64,000 bases of DNA from Escherichia phage LQ5. The notes beneath the pieces are model-generated. The model saw only the letters and a program-made list of their open reading frames with translations, had not been told where the DNA came from and did not search any database. The position numbers were made by a program, and so were the translations under genes. Where the stretch lies: the sequence record OR677401; one strand, given 5' to 3'. This document shows positions 48,006 through 58,591 of the stretch, in pieces (positions within the stretch are counted from its first letter, which is position 1; every line of letters begins with the position of its first letter).

Positions 48006-50129
48006 ATGGAAAATTTAAACGAAGTTTTTGATAGCGATTCCGCTAAAAACTATCCGGTAACAAATCTTAAACCTGGCTCAGGCGTACCGCAGATTTTTGC
48101 GGTACATGCTCCTGGTAATGACAATTTAGTAGCACGTATGGTATCTTATGCGTCTGAAGGCGATGCTATTAAAATGGTTAAGCCAGGCGATAAGTACGTC
48201 CATGTCATCCTAATGAGTTTATCTGCTAAAGGCGCCCCGGCAGAACTCAAGGGTGGTTTGGGTACCGATCCACTCGGTACACTGAACACCATTTTCGATA
48301 CCATATATGAACAAATAAACAAACTTAAAATGGACGCGGTTTTGTTCCGTTTCCCTACTAAGAAAATGAAAGGTAAAGGTCCTACCGTTCAGCGCGTATT
48401 AGCTCGCTTGGCTATGGCTCGTACCGGTGGTAAGTTTAAAGTTGTTGACGACATGTTCCAATTCAGCGGAAAACATACCTACGCTCTTTTAGTACGTCGT
48501 GGTGCTAATATTGAAGATATCAAGGGTATGCCTGAAATTAATGCCGATCTTTATACTAAAGTTGAGTCTAAAGTTGGCGAAGTTTATGTTTCTAAGAAAA
48601 CCGGCCAGGCCGTAAGTAAGGTCGAAGCCGTAGCGGCATCTATTGCACAAGTTGAAGAGAAACGTACTGATAAGGCTGTCATTACTCGTACTAAGATTTC
48701 GCGTCGTATGGCAGCGGCGGCGCAGTATTCTACTGCTGAGCCTGAAACTTTGTCCCCTAAAGAATTGCAGGTTTATAACGAGTTTGAAGCTTCTGTACCG
48801 GTTCACACGGCTGAAGGCCCTGAGAACGAAGGTATTGAACAGATTAGTCAGAACTTTAAAAAAGGTGCCATTACTAAAATGCGTCAGGCTTCTCAGTTTA
48901 AATCTAAGAGCGAGGACCTTGCCAACTTTAGATACACTATTGCTCTCACACACGCTTTAATGACTGATAGTAAATTTAAACTAAATTATGCTAATAGAGA
49001 TAAACAAGGGTTTGAAATTTACTCTAATAATATGGCATTTTTTAATACAGAAGTCGATAGACTTTTAAGTGGCCTTTCGCAAATCAATACAACCAATAGT
49101 CTGGATATTATTAAGAAAATTGTTAATAACCTGAGTACCCGTTTTAAGGGTTCCCCTTCAGAGAAAGCATCTAGAATTGCTTTCGCTATGGAAGCCGTTT
49201 ATAAACTGGTTAACGATTCTATTAGTGATGCATATGCTTATTCAGGCGAGCTCATTAAACCTAAGGACCTAACCAAAGATGAAAGCAATGCTATTATTGA
49301 ATATTGCGCGGCTGAATATGCTCCTATGAACTTATTCCTTTTAGGTAAACCTGAATCCGAAAACAATACAACGGCTATTAAATTGATTAAGGATTTAGAC
49401 TCAGCATTTACTAAGGGTATTAAACTTCCTAAGGGTACTATTTTGTATCGTGGTCAGGATTTGCCATACAAAATTCTGCGCCATAATATCGATAACAAAA
49501 CATTTTACTTTAAGAACTTTGTGTCAGCCTCATTAAAGCCTAACATCTTTGGTGAATTCGGTAAAAATTATATGGCCCTCGACAACCAAGCCGTTTTTGT
49601 TGGTGGTGAAGGTTCTTTGTCCTCCGCTGATGAGTTGTTTAAATTGGCTAGTGGTAGTTCATCTGATGTGGGTGAAGTCGATGACGAAGAGGTAGAATGG
49701 GAAGAAGACGAGTTTGGTAATCCAATTGCACCTGAAGGTCCTGCAGATAGAATTGCTGAAATTGGTATGGTTATTCGAGGTGCTGAAGCAGTTAAAGTTA
49801 TCGCTCCTGGTGACCTTACAGAATATGCCGAAGAAGCAGAAATTATCCTTCCGCGTGGATTATTGTTGAAGGTTGATAAAGTAGCGGCTTTTGCCATGAA
49901 TGATAGAGTATCTCACAAATACCTTATGGAAGCTACCGTAACACCTCCTTCAGAGCTCAGCGAATCTGTTTACGATGGTGACCATTTGATGGAAACTGGT
50001 GAAGTTCGCCTGATGGATGGATTTAGTCAATTCTTGGTTAATGAATCCGTTTCTGAAAGCAACGAAGCTATGGAAATCCTTGCCGCGTCTTTGGATATCT
50101 CTTCTTTATCAAATAAATTCAAAATGTAG
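48006..50129 (+). CDS. Alt-like ADP-ribosyltransferase paralogue 3
   Basis: 707 aa; same N-terminal module and R/S-x-S/E mART signature (ILYRGQ, FVSASL, EIILPRGLLLKV); distinct acidic insert (DDEEVEWEEDEFG). Confidence 0.8.
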   Translation: MENLNEVFDSDSAKNYPVTNLKPGSGVPQIFAVHAPGNDNLVARMVSYASEGDAIKMVKPGDKYVHVILMSLSAKGAPAELKGGLGTDPLGTLNTIFDTIYEQINKLKMDAVLFRFPTKKMKGKGPTVQRVLARLAMARTGGKFKVVDDMFQFSGKHTYALLVRRGANIEDIKGMPEINADLYTKVESKVGEVYVSKKTGQAVSKVEAVAASIAQVEEKRTDKAVITRTKISRRMAAAAQYSTAEPETLSPKELQVYNEFEASVPVHTAEGPENEGIEQISQNFKKGAITKMRQASQFKSKSEDLANFRYTIALTHALMTDSKFKLNYANRDKQGFEIYSNNMAFFNTEVDRLLSGLSQINTTNSLDIIKKIVNNLSTRFKGSPSEKASRIAFAMEAVYKLVNDSISDAYAYSGELIKPKDLTKDESNAIIEYCAAEYAPMNLFLLGKPESENNTTAIKLIKDLDSAFTKGIKLPKGTILYRGQDLPYKILRHNIDNKTFYFKNFVSASLKPNIFGEFGKNYMALDNQAVFVGGEGSLSSADELFKLASGSSSDVGEVDDEEVEWEEDEFGNPIAPEGPADRIAEIGMVIRGAEAVKVIAPGDLTEYAEEAEIILPRGLLLKVDKVAAFAMNDRVSHKYLMEATVTPPSELSESVYDGDHLMETGEVRLMDGFSQFLVNESVSESNEAMEILAASLDISSLSNKFKM

Positions 50130-50158
50130 TTTACAACACCACAAGGATGTGGTACTAT
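50129..50158 (+). promoter_or_regulatory. T4-type early promoter
   Basis: gtttac overlapping the alt-3 stop, 18-nt spacer, GGTACTAT. Confidence 0.5.
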
Positions 50159-50186
50159 TACCTTACACAAACATGAGGAGAACATT

Positions 50187-50477
50187 ATGAAATCTGCATT
50201 CCGTTTTAATGGTCAAGAACTGGTAGTTGAAAACGTTATCCCTGCTTCCGAAGAGTTTGACAGTGCCGTAGGTAATGAATTACGTCGAGTTTTCGGTGAA
50301 GACAAACAGTTTGATATCCGACCTGTTGAGAATTTTTCTTATCCAGAACAAACCGAAAACATTTTTAACGGTGTAGTGACAGGACAACTCGAATCTGAAG
50401 CTCCTATTTCTATCACGGTCTTTGTTAAAAAGCAGCCATTAATGACTGCAGCAGGTTTCATTTCGTTCCGTAAATAA
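50187..50477 (+). CDS. hypothetical protein
   Basis: 96-aa ORF with GAGGAGAACATT-ATG. Confidence 0.45.
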   Translation: MKSAFRFNGQELVVENVIPASEEFDSAVGNELRRVFGEDKQFDIRPVENFSYPEQTENIFNGVVTGQLESEAPISITVFVKKQPLMTAAGFISFRK

Positions 50478-50485
50478 ACCCCTAA

Positions 50486-50511
50486 AGGAGAGCATATGCT
50501 CTCCTTTTTTG
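50486..50511 (+). terminator. palindromic hairpin terminator between convergent genes
   Basis: AGGAGAGCAT/ATGCTCTCCT perfect palindrome followed by U6. Confidence 0.65.
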
Positions 50512-51465
50512 TTATAACAGCCTCGATATTCCATTATTAATAGCACGCCCACCAAATGTATTAACCAATCCTGTTAATCCACTAGAAGCTCCTGAAAGTC
50601 TACTTAATTTGGCCACTGAAGAACTCAGCGAATTGCTCTCACTTAGCCCAGCGACGCCTTTAATAATCTTATCTTCCAACCACTCATAAGCAGCTTGTTT
50701 ACCAACTGCACCCGTCTGTACACTTCTATAAGCAAATGTAACATCAAATGAAGCAATTTGGTTATCACCGTCGTAGGATAATTCCGGTGACGAAACACCA
50801 ACAGGAACACAACCATTAAGCATTACTACTGTATGGGGTAATCCATTACGAGAATGAAGGTTGACTTGAATGTCGGCTTCAACATCCTCGGGTAATGCTC
50901 TTAATTGTGTAATAGGGTCTTGAACACTATTAACCCAATCATTAAAAGCACGGTAGTTAGCAGCTTCAGAATCCATACGGAAGCTTAATACTAATGGAGA
51001 ATATTCTCTTCCGGTAATTTTGATGTTAGGTGAGTTGTGGTTCAAATCCATTTCATAGTTCAAAGTATTATCCGGGATTTTAACGGCGTGGACTAAAAGA
51101 CCTGCCGTAGGATAGGCCATATTGAAAAAATCCATCAGATATGTACCTACTTCAAACTCCCCTAGTAAGCTCTGCACAACCCTGGATGACATAGCTCCAA
51201 TCAAATATTTACTTATGCCTGACTTACGAATCAACTTCTGAGTGCCCGCTGTCACTAATGTCGTAACACCTTGGGTCAACTCTCCTTGTGTAATACCAAA
51301 CAAATCGCTATTCAATGGGATATTGTTAAATAAAGCTCCACCAAACTGGTCGAGGAGCGCTTGGGATTTAGAAGAAGGAACCGTAGCAAATACTACACTA
51401 AACAGGTTATTCCTCTGTAGGTCAATATTAATTGCCTGGTTCTGAAATTCTTGTAAAGTATACAT
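50512..51465 (-). CDS. 54: gp54 baseplate-tail tube initiator
   Basis: 317 aa; MY.L.EF.NQAIN.D.QRNN.FS.VFAT.PS.KS...LIRKSG.SKYLIGAMS.R.VQSLLG.F.VGTYL.DFFNMAY matches T4 gp54. Confidence 0.85.
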   Translation of the reverse strand: MYTLQEFQNQAINIDLQRNNLFSVVFATVPSSKSQALLDQFGGALFNNIPLNSDLFGITQGELTQGVTTLVTAGTQKLIRKSGISKYLIGAMSSRVVQSLLGEFEVGTYLMDFFNMAYPTAGLLVHAVKIPDNTLNYEMDLNHNSPNIKITGREYSPLVLSFRMDSEAANYRAFNDWVNSVQDPITQLRALPEDVEADIQVNLHSRNGLPHTVVMLNGCVPVGVSSPELSYDGDNQIASFDVTFAYRSVQTGAVGKQAAYEWLEDKIIKGVAGLSESNSLSSSVAKLSRLSGASSGLTGLVNTFGGRAINNGISRLL

Positions 51466-52553
51466 TAGAATCCTTCCGTATAAAGTGAGCCACGGTTAAG
51501 AGTAATAATTTCACGGAAAGTAACTTCTAAACTAAACGTAGATGGTAAGTTAGGAGCAATGGCCAATCCGTTAAAATGGCCGTCCGGAGTTTTATCAAAA
51601 CGGATACTCTGGATTTGGCATGGACCAAAAATATCTTCACGACCATCATATGAACTGCTATCGCCAAAGTTTCGGATATACCAAATGGTCGGGTTACTTA
51701 CCACAATAACATTAGAAAGGAAGCTTGTAATACTTTCCCCTAATAGCTTACCATCAAACTTGTCAATAGCTTCTTTTTTAAATGTAGAACGATACCAAGT
51801 ATCAATCTTCTCTTTTAATTCACCTGCGAAAGCCGAATTACCCGTTTCGCCGTAAGAATAATAGTTGAAGATTTCGTATATTTTAATAATCTGGATAAGG
51901 TCTTGGGCATTTCGTGGAGTCATTTCCCAAGTGAATACCTTAGTACGGTTATCCGGACCGGCGTACATACTACGAGCTGTAGTGTATATCTGTTCGCCTG
52001 AATCAGCCATTACGCCGTTAGTCACAGATTCTAATGCACCAAATACCGCGGTACTAGCAACGTTACTTAAAATACCTGTAGCAGTACCACCGCCTTTAGT
52101 AATTAAGGACTCACCAACATCATTAAATTTGTGTGATACGGAATCCACATCAGATTTAGAACGAGGTAAAAGGATATTAGCTAAGGCTTGGCTATCAAAT
52201 TTAACGCCCTTAGTATTTCCACCAAATAAGTTTTTAACAGCACTATATGTTCCACTATTGCCTGTTAATTTGCTGGCTGCACTTGAGAACTTTTTAGTCA
52301 TTTGACTCGAACGGTCGTTACGCAAATCCGGAGATACACGAGAACTAAAATTATATGCGGTAAAAAGCAATCCATTTTTATAGAGGTCGTTTAATACCAT
52401 ATCGGTTGAGGTATCATTACCTGAAGCCCGCTCAGCTGGATACTGAGCGGTTACCGTGGTTTTTATTGGTGGTGTTTTAGATTGACCTGCGGAGGTCTTT
52501 GAACCTCCTTTAAACAAGGAGGCTACATCAAAGTCAAGTTCTTTTACTTTCAT
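51465..52553 (-). CDS. 48: gp48 baseplate tail-tube cap
   Basis: 362 aa (T4 gp48 ~364 aa); KVKDLDFDVASLF.GGSKTSAGQSK.P..KTTVTAQ as I recall T4 gp48; position. Confidence 0.8.
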   Translation of the reverse strand: MKVKELDFDVASLFKGGSKTSAGQSKTPPIKTTVTAQYPAERASGNDTSTDMVLNDLYKNGLLFTAYNFSSRVSPDLRNDRSSQMTKKFSSAASKLTGNSGTYSAVKNLFGGNTKGVKFDSQALANILLPRSKSDVDSVSHKFNDVGESLITKGGGTATGILSNVASTAVFGALESVTNGVMADSGEQIYTTARSMYAGPDNRTKVFTWEMTPRNAQDLIQIIKIYEIFNYYSYGETGNSAFAGELKEKIDTWYRSTFKKEAIDKFDGKLLGESITSFLSNVIVVSNPTIWYIRNFGDSSSYDGREDIFGPCQIQSIRFDKTPDGHFNGLAIAPNLPSTFSLEVTFREIITLNRGSLYTEGF

Positions 52554-52561
52554 TATTAATC

Positions 52562-54298
52562 CTAATTAACTTTAGTAGCTTGACGCATACCAGGAGCAGG
52601 AGTAGAGGACTGTGGGGGCATATTATAGCTTGTCTTACTCGTTTTCTTGATATTCGTTTGCTGATTTATTTGAGTTGGAGCTTGCTGACTATATTTAGCA
52701 TTTTCCTTTGCTCTCATTTGCTCATCAACCTTTTTAACCTGGGTATTTTCAGGAGATTCCGCTACAGAAGCAGGTTTAGGCTTTTCAGCTTCATTAAATT
52801 TCTCTAAAGATTTATTCATCTTATCAAGTAATTGCTGGATATTAAGGTCTTTCGGTGCCCCACCTTTAGCCATAATAGGGTCGGCCAATTGTTTCTCGAT
52901 ATCAGCTTTAAATGCTTTAGCATTTTCGATATCTTTAGAATCTGGCTTCATTATATTATCAGCGGTTTGTGTCAAACGAATAATATCAGCCTGAGCTTTA
53001 TCACGTTTCTTGAAATACTCTAAACGTTCTTCTTCAGGGAGGTCACGGAAGCTTGTGTCAATTCCACCTGCGCGTAATTGGTCGGCTTGTTCTTTAGTAA
53101 GATTACCGTATTTCTCTGCCTGGTTTATAAGCTCAGGTTTATCCTTATACTTCTTATTCATTTTCTCGGCTGTTTCTAAAGCCTCGGCTGAACGTCTATC
53201 ATGGTACTTGGCCACTTTAGTTTGGTCTTCATCGTCCAAAGTGGCTCCGGTATTTTGCTGATATGACATTAAAGCAGAAGCCTCTACGTTTTCAGCTAAA
53301 TCACCCATACCAGGTATTTTACTTAAAATAGCAGAAATCAACTTAGAAATACCAAGCATTAAAAGTTGTGCCATATTTTTAGTAAGATTAACCATACCAC
53401 GAATAATAGCTTCAGCCAGACCTAACCAGTTTCCTTCACTAAACATGGCTTCAGCATTCTTGGCCCATGTCATTAGCCCTTCAAGTAATGGTCCCCACTC
53501 TTTAAACTTATCGTTAAATTCTTTCCACCCTGACTCAAATTGGTCCATGAAATATTGGAAGTATACGCGAATGGCATCTATACCAAATATTAAAAGGACT
53601 AAACCTGCTGCGAGTTTAGCAGCTTCAGCGGCAGCGGTAATGGTATACTTAAAAAGCATGCCTGAAATTCTATCAGCGACGCCTATAGAAGCTTTAAATC
53701 CCTTTTCAGTTATTTTAGTAAGGGCTTCGATTTTCTCGGAAAGAGAAGTCTTATCACCTTCTTTACCTTCATCTGAATTTTTAGGAGGCTCAGGCATAAA
53801 TTCGGCGTCAGGTTTATTATCTTCAGGTGGAAGAATATCTTCAACAACAGCAGGAACTTTAGGAGTTTCGGCCTTAGGTTCTTCTGGAATAGAGTCTTCA
53901 ATAACCTTTAATGAGCTCCCTTCCGGTGGAATAGAAATACCAGAAAATTTAGCCTCCAGCATATTAGAAAGCTTATTAATCTTTTCGTTTAATGCATCCG
54001 AAAGAGCTTTAGACTGTTGGGTTTGTTCTGATATGGCTTCGGCCGTTAATTCTGTTCCAGCGACAACATCTTGGACGCTTTTGTCTACTCGGTCTACAGA
54101 ATTAATAATCTGGTTAGACTTTGTCTCAACAACTTCAGAGAGCAATTCAGACGCCGCCTGGGAATCGGATAAAACATCTGATATATTTCCTAATTCGTCG
54201 TTCTGAGTTTGGGCTAGCGCCTCAGCACGACGCTGAGGAGCCATTTCTTCAATCAGTTTATTGCGACGAAAACTATTCTGATTAGATTCGTTCTTCAT
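52562..54298 (-). CDS. 29: gp29 tail-length tape-measure / baseplate hub protein
   Basis: 578 aa (T4 gp29 ~590 aa), coiled-coil rich; position between 48 and 28. Confidence 0.75.
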   Translation of the reverse strand: MKNESNQNSFRRNKLIEEMAPQRRAEALAQTQNDELGNISDVLSDSQAASELLSEVVETKSNQIINSVDRVDKSVQDVVAGTELTAEAISEQTQQSKALSDALNEKINKLSNMLEAKFSGISIPPEGSSLKVIEDSIPEEPKAETPKVPAVVEDILPPEDNKPDAEFMPEPPKNSDEGKEGDKTSLSEKIEALTKITEKGFKASIGVADRISGMLFKYTITAAAEAAKLAAGLVLLIFGIDAIRVYFQYFMDQFESGWKEFNDKFKEWGPLLEGLMTWAKNAEAMFSEGNWLGLAEAIIRGMVNLTKNMAQLLMLGISKLISAILSKIPGMGDLAENVEASALMSYQQNTGATLDDEDQTKVAKYHDRRSAEALETAEKMNKKYKDKPELINQAEKYGNLTKEQADQLRAGGIDTSFRDLPEEERLEYFKKRDKAQADIIRLTQTADNIMKPDSKDIENAKAFKADIEKQLADPIMAKGGAPKDLNIQQLLDKMNKSLEKFNEAEKPKPASVAESPENTQVKKVDEQMRAKENAKYSQQAPTQINQQTNIKKTSKTSYNMPPQSSTPAPGMRQATKVN

Positions 54299-54809
54299 TT
54301 AAGATATCCATGATTTTAAGCAATCCTTTGATAGGACCATTAGGACCAGGGATAGCTACAGTAGAAGTTATATCGTCGGCCCATGTAGCAACAAAGGCAG
54401 GCATATCCAGAAAATCTGGTACATCATCACCAAGATAAAGAGATTGTAGTACACTATCAACAGGACCAAATGTTTGAAATGGTTCGTGTGATTTAAATTT
54501 AAATGTCTTACCTTGGAACTGGAATTCAAGTCGTTGGCAAATATAAAGGTCATTTAAATTATATGTGAATCCATCTTTAGTTACTTTTTCTTTTAATCGT
54601 CCGTTGAATTCTAAAAGGTGTAAAGCAGCAAAATCTGTTTCTGCTGCAGACAGTCCTTTACAAATGGATTCCATTGTCATATAGAGGGCCTTGTAAGGGT
54701 CCTTTTCATCTTTAACCAATTTCTGGTGTTTAAGACCCAATTTAGGAATGGAAATCTCTTTGTCACCCAGCGTTATTTTCTTGATCGGGAGTATCAGTTT
54801 TAAGTTCAT
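54282..54809 (-). CDS. 28: gp28 baseplate hub distal subunit
   Basis: Track ORF 54282..54851; start placed at [11 protein letters not shown]...; overlaps the 3' end of gene 27; start uncertain. Confidence 0.6.
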   Translation of the reverse strand: MNLKLILPIKKITLGDKEISIPKLGLKHQKLVKDEKDPYKALYMTMESICKGLSAAETDFAALHLLEFNGRLKEKVTKDGFTYNLNDLYICQRLEFQFQGKTFKFKSHEPFQTFGPVDSVLQSLYLGDDVPDFLDMPAFVATWADDITSTVAIPGPNGPIKGLLKIMDILNEERI

Positions 54810-55932
54810 TTTTAACCTTCGGCGGTTCTTCAATCTTAATAGGCTTACCATTAGTAAACATATAAAGGTTTGTAATTGATGTATTGTTACTCACTTCATG
54901 AATAACTTCGTCTACATAAAAATCGTACTGGAATTGGTTTTTAGGGTCATAGAAATTAATCTTATCGCCTGGAGTTAGTTCAAAGTTACCATATACCTTA
55001 CAATGAGCGTATCCATCGTATTGGGCCATAGTAACTAATCTATCGGCTTCTTCAAAACCGTTTCGGTAGGTATAATCAGAATATCCACCGGAGCGAGAAA
55101 CCAATATACTGTTTTGCCCGTCACCAAAAGTAATTCGTGTGGCGTTTTTGTCTAAGAAAGAGTGGGCGTATACAGTAGCGTTTTCATATGGTTTTCTGGA
55201 ATGTTGGTTGGCTTTAGTTAACCATTCAAAATCAAATGCGATAGGTGTATCCATATCTTGAACGTATTGACCTATTAATCGCGGCTCACCCACTACAAAA
55301 TTAATAGGCTCTTGGTTAACCATAAATTCGTAGTCCATGATAGAAATACCATCTATATCTTCCCAGACAAATACAAATTTATCAGATTCAACGGCCATAC
55401 CTACTTCTCGTACAAATTCCATATAACGGTCCATTGAATCACACCAAGGAACATTAGGAACGTAAACGTTTATCCCGTTCAAAGGAGGAGCAAGAAGCGG
55501 ACGGTCTTGATAAATAACACCAATCATTTCAGTTAATGTTTCTTGGACACTCGGGAAGAACATACGACTAAATTTAAGATTCTCTAAAAAGTGGATTGGG
55601 GCGAGTTGTATTGTTATGATATTGTCGCCCTTCGAATCCACTCCTACAGCAAAGTGTTTGCTTCCATAAATTCTTGACTGGGTACGCTCGGAGTTAGCGT
55701 TCTTAACAGAAATTTGGATAATCTGTTCGCCATCCATTTTAGTATGAAGGTTCTTTGCATCATAAAACTGGAGCAGCCCTTCATTACTACCGTAAAGTCC
55801 ATCTCGCATTGTTAGAGTAGTAAATGTCGCGCCTAGTTCAACAAAACGATGCTCTAACCAGGCGTCATAATCTTCGTAAAGGCGTATACTAATATTAGGA
55901 AAGCCTTCACGTTGCATAGTTTTTGAACTCAT
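54763..55932 (-). CDS. 27: gp27 baseplate hub subunit
   Basis: 389 aa; ...FVELAAT.TTLTMRD.LYG.NEG.LQFYD.KN.HTKMDG.QIIQISV.NAN... and ...[21 protein letters not shown] matches T4 gp27. Confidence 0.85.
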   Translation of the reverse strand: MSSKTMQREGFPNISIRLYEDYDAWLEHRFVELGATFTTLTMRDGLYGSNEGLLQFYDAKNLHTKMDGEQIIQISVKNANSERTQSRIYGSKHFAVGVDSKGDNIITIQLAPIHFLENLKFSRMFFPSVQETLTEMIGVIYQDRPLLAPPLNGINVYVPNVPWCDSMDRYMEFVREVGMAVESDKFVFVWEDIDGISIMDYEFMVNQEPINFVVGEPRLIGQYVQDMDTPIAFDFEWLTKANQHSRKPYENATVYAHSFLDKNATRITFGDGQNSILVSRSGGYSDYTYRNGFEEADRLVTMAQYDGYAHCKVYGNFELTPGDKINFYDPKNQFQYDFYVDEVIHEVSNNTSITNLYMFTNGKPIKIEEPPKVKNELKTDTPDQENNAG

Positions 55933-56681
55933 TTCTTAAGGTCCTTTTCAACCAAAGACAAAGCAATACCGCGTTCGATTGGAATCATCTGCATAATGCT
56001 TTCTAATGAATAATTGTTCTTTACCAGTAAATGGTTTATTTGGTAAAATAAAAATATCTCATCCGGGTTGACTATAAGCTTAAACACCTCTAAAATATCG
56101 GTATACGTAATTGTTCTACGATTACAGCATCCATATTTTAGTTCAAAATTAATAGGGCTAGTTTGTTTGACTATATCCTCTAAAGTGGATAAGTCTATAG
56201 CATCTATTACGGCTAATTGGTCTTCTTCAGAAAGGTCAGTCCAATTATATTTCCCGTTTTCATCTTCCACGGTTTGGAGGGTGTTCAGAATCAATTCGGA
56301 TTTGTCTTGATATTCTATTTCCGGAAATTTGAATGTTAGCTTCAAGCCGGCCACTTCAATTGTGGGATTATCTAACTTGGTCTGTTTCAAATTGAATAAA
56401 ACTTGTCTATCCTTTTCACACTTACTACAAGTGTATCGGATAGGAATTTTGGTCTTGCCGAGTGATGACGTATAAAGTTCAATGAACATATATGGGCGCC
56501 ATGACATAGGATATTCACCGAAGTATTCTTCCAGTAACTCATCTAAAATTTGTTTTTGCTCTTCAGGCGATTTATTATTCATGTCATTTCGAATCAAAAT
56601 AAAATCACGATAATCAGCTACTGTAAAAGGTTTAAATCGGTGGACTCCATCAGGCATTTCACAACGTACTATATTAGCCAT
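55929..56681 (-). CDS. 51: gp51 baseplate hub assembly catalyst
   Basis: Track ORF 55929..56732 runs through the late promoter; start moved to [12 protein letters not shown]; coordinates +/- a few nt. Confidence 0.65.
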   Translation of the reverse strand: MANIVRCEMPDGVHRFKPFTVADYRDFILIRNDMNNKSPEEQKQILDELLEEYFGEYPMSWRPYMFIELYTSSLGKTKIPIRYTCSKCEKDRQVLFNLKQTKLDNPTIEVAGLKLTFKFPEIEYQDKSELILNTLQTVEDENGKYNWTDLSEEDQLAVIDAIDLSTLEDIVKQTSPINFELKYGCCNRRTITYTDILEVFKLIVNPDEIFLFYQINHLLVKNNYSLESIMQMIPIERGIALSLVEKDLKK

Positions 56682-56699
56682 AGGGTGTCCTCTTATTGA

Positions 56700-56716
56700 T
56701 GTATTTATAAATAAGC
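56700..56716. promoter_or_regulatory. back-to-back late promoters (TATAAATA on both strands) between genes 51 and 26
   Basis: plus-strand string tatttataaata contains tataaata (for 26/25) and the complement of tatttata (for 51); position approximate. Confidence 0.55.
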
Positions 56717-56731
56717 TTAAAGGAGAAGACA

Positions 56732-57355
56732 ATGAATTATACTTTTGACGTAAAAATTAAAAACAAAACCATAAAATGCAGAGCATTTACCCTCAGAGAG
56801 TATAAGGACTTGCTCCAAGCTAAATTAGAAGGCAGAATAGAGTCCTTTATCAATGAACTCATTTCGAATTGCACAGATGCTCGTGATTTAAACAAGCAAG
56901 AATCTGAGCTCCTGGTGATAAACCTGTGGGCCCATTCATTAGCTGAAGTGAATATAGAACGTGAGTGGGTTTGTAGTTGCGGTCGCTCACAGGTTGTTCC
57001 TATGACACTAACTCGCGCAACATTAGGTAAAGAGCCAGATGTTATTAAAGACTTTGGCAACTTTAAAATTGTTTTCAGATATCCTAAACTCTTTGAAGAT
57101 AAAAATAGGGCTATGATGGTCGCAGGGTGTATCGATTATATTTTAACTTCTGCAGGCGAAAAGCTTTTTCTTTCCGATTTAAGCGATGCGGAACTTGATG
57201 ACCTTTATTCTGCGATAACAGAAAAAGACATAAAAGAAGTTTATGATGCACTAGTCGCCCCTAAGCCTATTTTGGCTATACCTATTTCTTGTGAATGTGG
57301 TGAACATACCGTCCACGTTATTGAGGGACTTAAAGAGTTCTTTAAGGTGATGTAA
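56732..57355 (+). CDS. 26: gp26 baseplate hub subunit
   Basis: 207 aa (T4 gp26 208 aa); position. Confidence 0.7.
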   Translation: MNYTFDVKIKNKTIKCRAFTLREYKDLLQAKLEGRIESFINELISNCTDARDLNKQESELLVINLWAHSLAEVNIEREWVCSCGRSQVVPMTLTRATLGKEPDVIKDFGNFKIVFRYPKLFEDKNRAMMVAGCIDYILTSAGEKLFLSDLSDAELDDLYSAITEKDIKEVYDALVAPKPILAIPISCECGEHTVHVIEGLKEFFKVM

Positions 57356-57744
57356 TGAATATCAATAAAATGTATTCAGATTTAGACCCTGAAATGAGGA
57401 CGTCTTGGAATAGAGACGTCGCTAAAGCTACAGGTGCTCGTGCAGTTAAAAATAGTTTGTTAGGCATTATTACTACTCGCAAAGGTTCACGCCCTTTTAT
57501 GCCTGAATTTGGTTGTGACATCAGTAACCAATTGTTTGAGAATATTACTCCATTAATCACGGATACTATTAAGCGTAATATAGTTTCCGCAGTGCGGAAC
57601 TTCGAGCCTCGAATCTCTGCCTTGGCTGTAGGTGTAACACCCGTGTATGATGATAACTCGATTATAGTAACGGTTCAGTTTAGTATAGTTGATGACCCGG
57701 ATACATTAGAGCAAATTAGAATCCAGCTCTCACAGAGTGGTTAA
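57355..57744 (+). CDS. 25: gp25 baseplate wedge subunit (gpW/lysozyme-like fold)
   Basis: 129 aa; ...SLLGIITTRKGSRPF.PEFGCD.S.QLFEN.TPL..DT..RNI.SAVRN.EPRI matches T4 gp25. Confidence 0.88.
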   Translation: MNINKMYSDLDPEMRTSWNRDVAKATGARAVKNSLLGIITTRKGSRPFMPEFGCDISNQLFENITPLITDTIKRNIVSAVRNFEPRISALAVGVTPVYDDNSIIVTVQFSIVDDPDTLEQIRIQLSQSG

Positions 57745-57802
57745 TTGCTGTTCAAATGAATAGTGTATAATGGTCCTATGGTTATTACACAGGAAACATG
57801 CG

Positions 57803-58237
57803 ATGAGTAAAGAGATTGAATATAAGTTGGAGTCGTTTCAAGATGCATTAGACGAGGATTTAAAGATTGATGGAACTCGTTTACAATATGAAGTACAGAA
57901 CAACGTTTTGCTGCACAGCAAATGGCTAAGGCTGTATACGAATTGTAAGAAAGAAATAATGAGATTAGAAATCCAGAAAAAGACCTCACTTAAGAAGCGA
58001 TTAGATTTCTACACGGGACGTGGAGAGCCTGGTGATGAGGTTTGTATGGACCAATATGAGAAATCTGAATTAAAGACCGTTATGGCTGCGGATTCTAGTG
58101 TAATTAAAATCGACACATCAATTCAGTATTGGGCTTTATTACAAGACTTTTGTAGTTCAGCACTTGATGCTATTAAGGCGCGTGGTTTTAACCTTAAGAC
58201 CATGCATGAGATGAGACAATTTGAGGCGGGCAAATGA
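57803..58237 (+). CDS. uvsY: UvsY recombination mediator
   Basis: Track ORF 57770; true start MSKEIEYK...; ...G.RLQYE..NNV.L.SKWL...EIMRLE.QKK..LK.RLD.Y.GRG...DE..MD.YEKSE.KTV.AAD..V.K.DTS.QYW..L.DFCS.ALDAIK.RGF matches T4 UvsY. Confidence 0.9.
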   Translation: MSKEIEYKLESFQDALDEDLKIDGTRLQYEVQNNVLLHSKWLRLYTNCKKEIMRLEIQKKTSLKKRLDFYTGRGEPGDEVCMDQYEKSELKTVMAADSSVIKIDTSIQYWALLQDFCSSALDAIKARGFNLKTMHEMRQFEAGK

Positions 58238-58366
58238 GTTATCGTAAACCAGTCATCAATAAATGCCCTAAACCATCTAAAGAGCGGATGGACGAACTCC
58301 AAAAATTCATTAATGCTGCTTTAGCAAGTAATAAATAGGTATGTAAGTTAAACTAAGGAGACAATC

Positions 58367-58534
58367 ATGTCAGATAAGATTTGCGTTGTCTGTAAAACTC
58401 CAATCGATGCTGCATTGGTTGTTGAAACAGAAAAAGGTCCGGTTCATCCGGGCTCATGCTATAATTACGTTCAAAGCCTGCCTGTTACGGAAAACACTGA
58501 AGAACAGCTGAACGAAACCCAATTACTACTTTAG
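58367..58534 (+). CDS. small Cys-containing protein (55 aa; uvsY.-2-like by position)
   Basis: ATG after AAGGAG; MSDKICVVCKTPIDAALVVETEKGPVHPGSCYNYVQSL... (CxxC...C). Confidence 0.35.
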   Translation: MSDKICVVCKTPIDAALVVETEKGPVHPGSCYNYVQSLPVTENTEEQLNETQLLL

Positions 58535-58562
58535 TCTAGTGTGTATAGCCATTTATGGTTAT

Positions 58563-58591
58563 TGGCCCTTCCGAAAGGTTGGGCCTTTTTT
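58563..58591 (+). terminator. rho-independent terminator
   Basis: GGCCC...GGGCC stem followed by U6. Confidence 0.65.
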
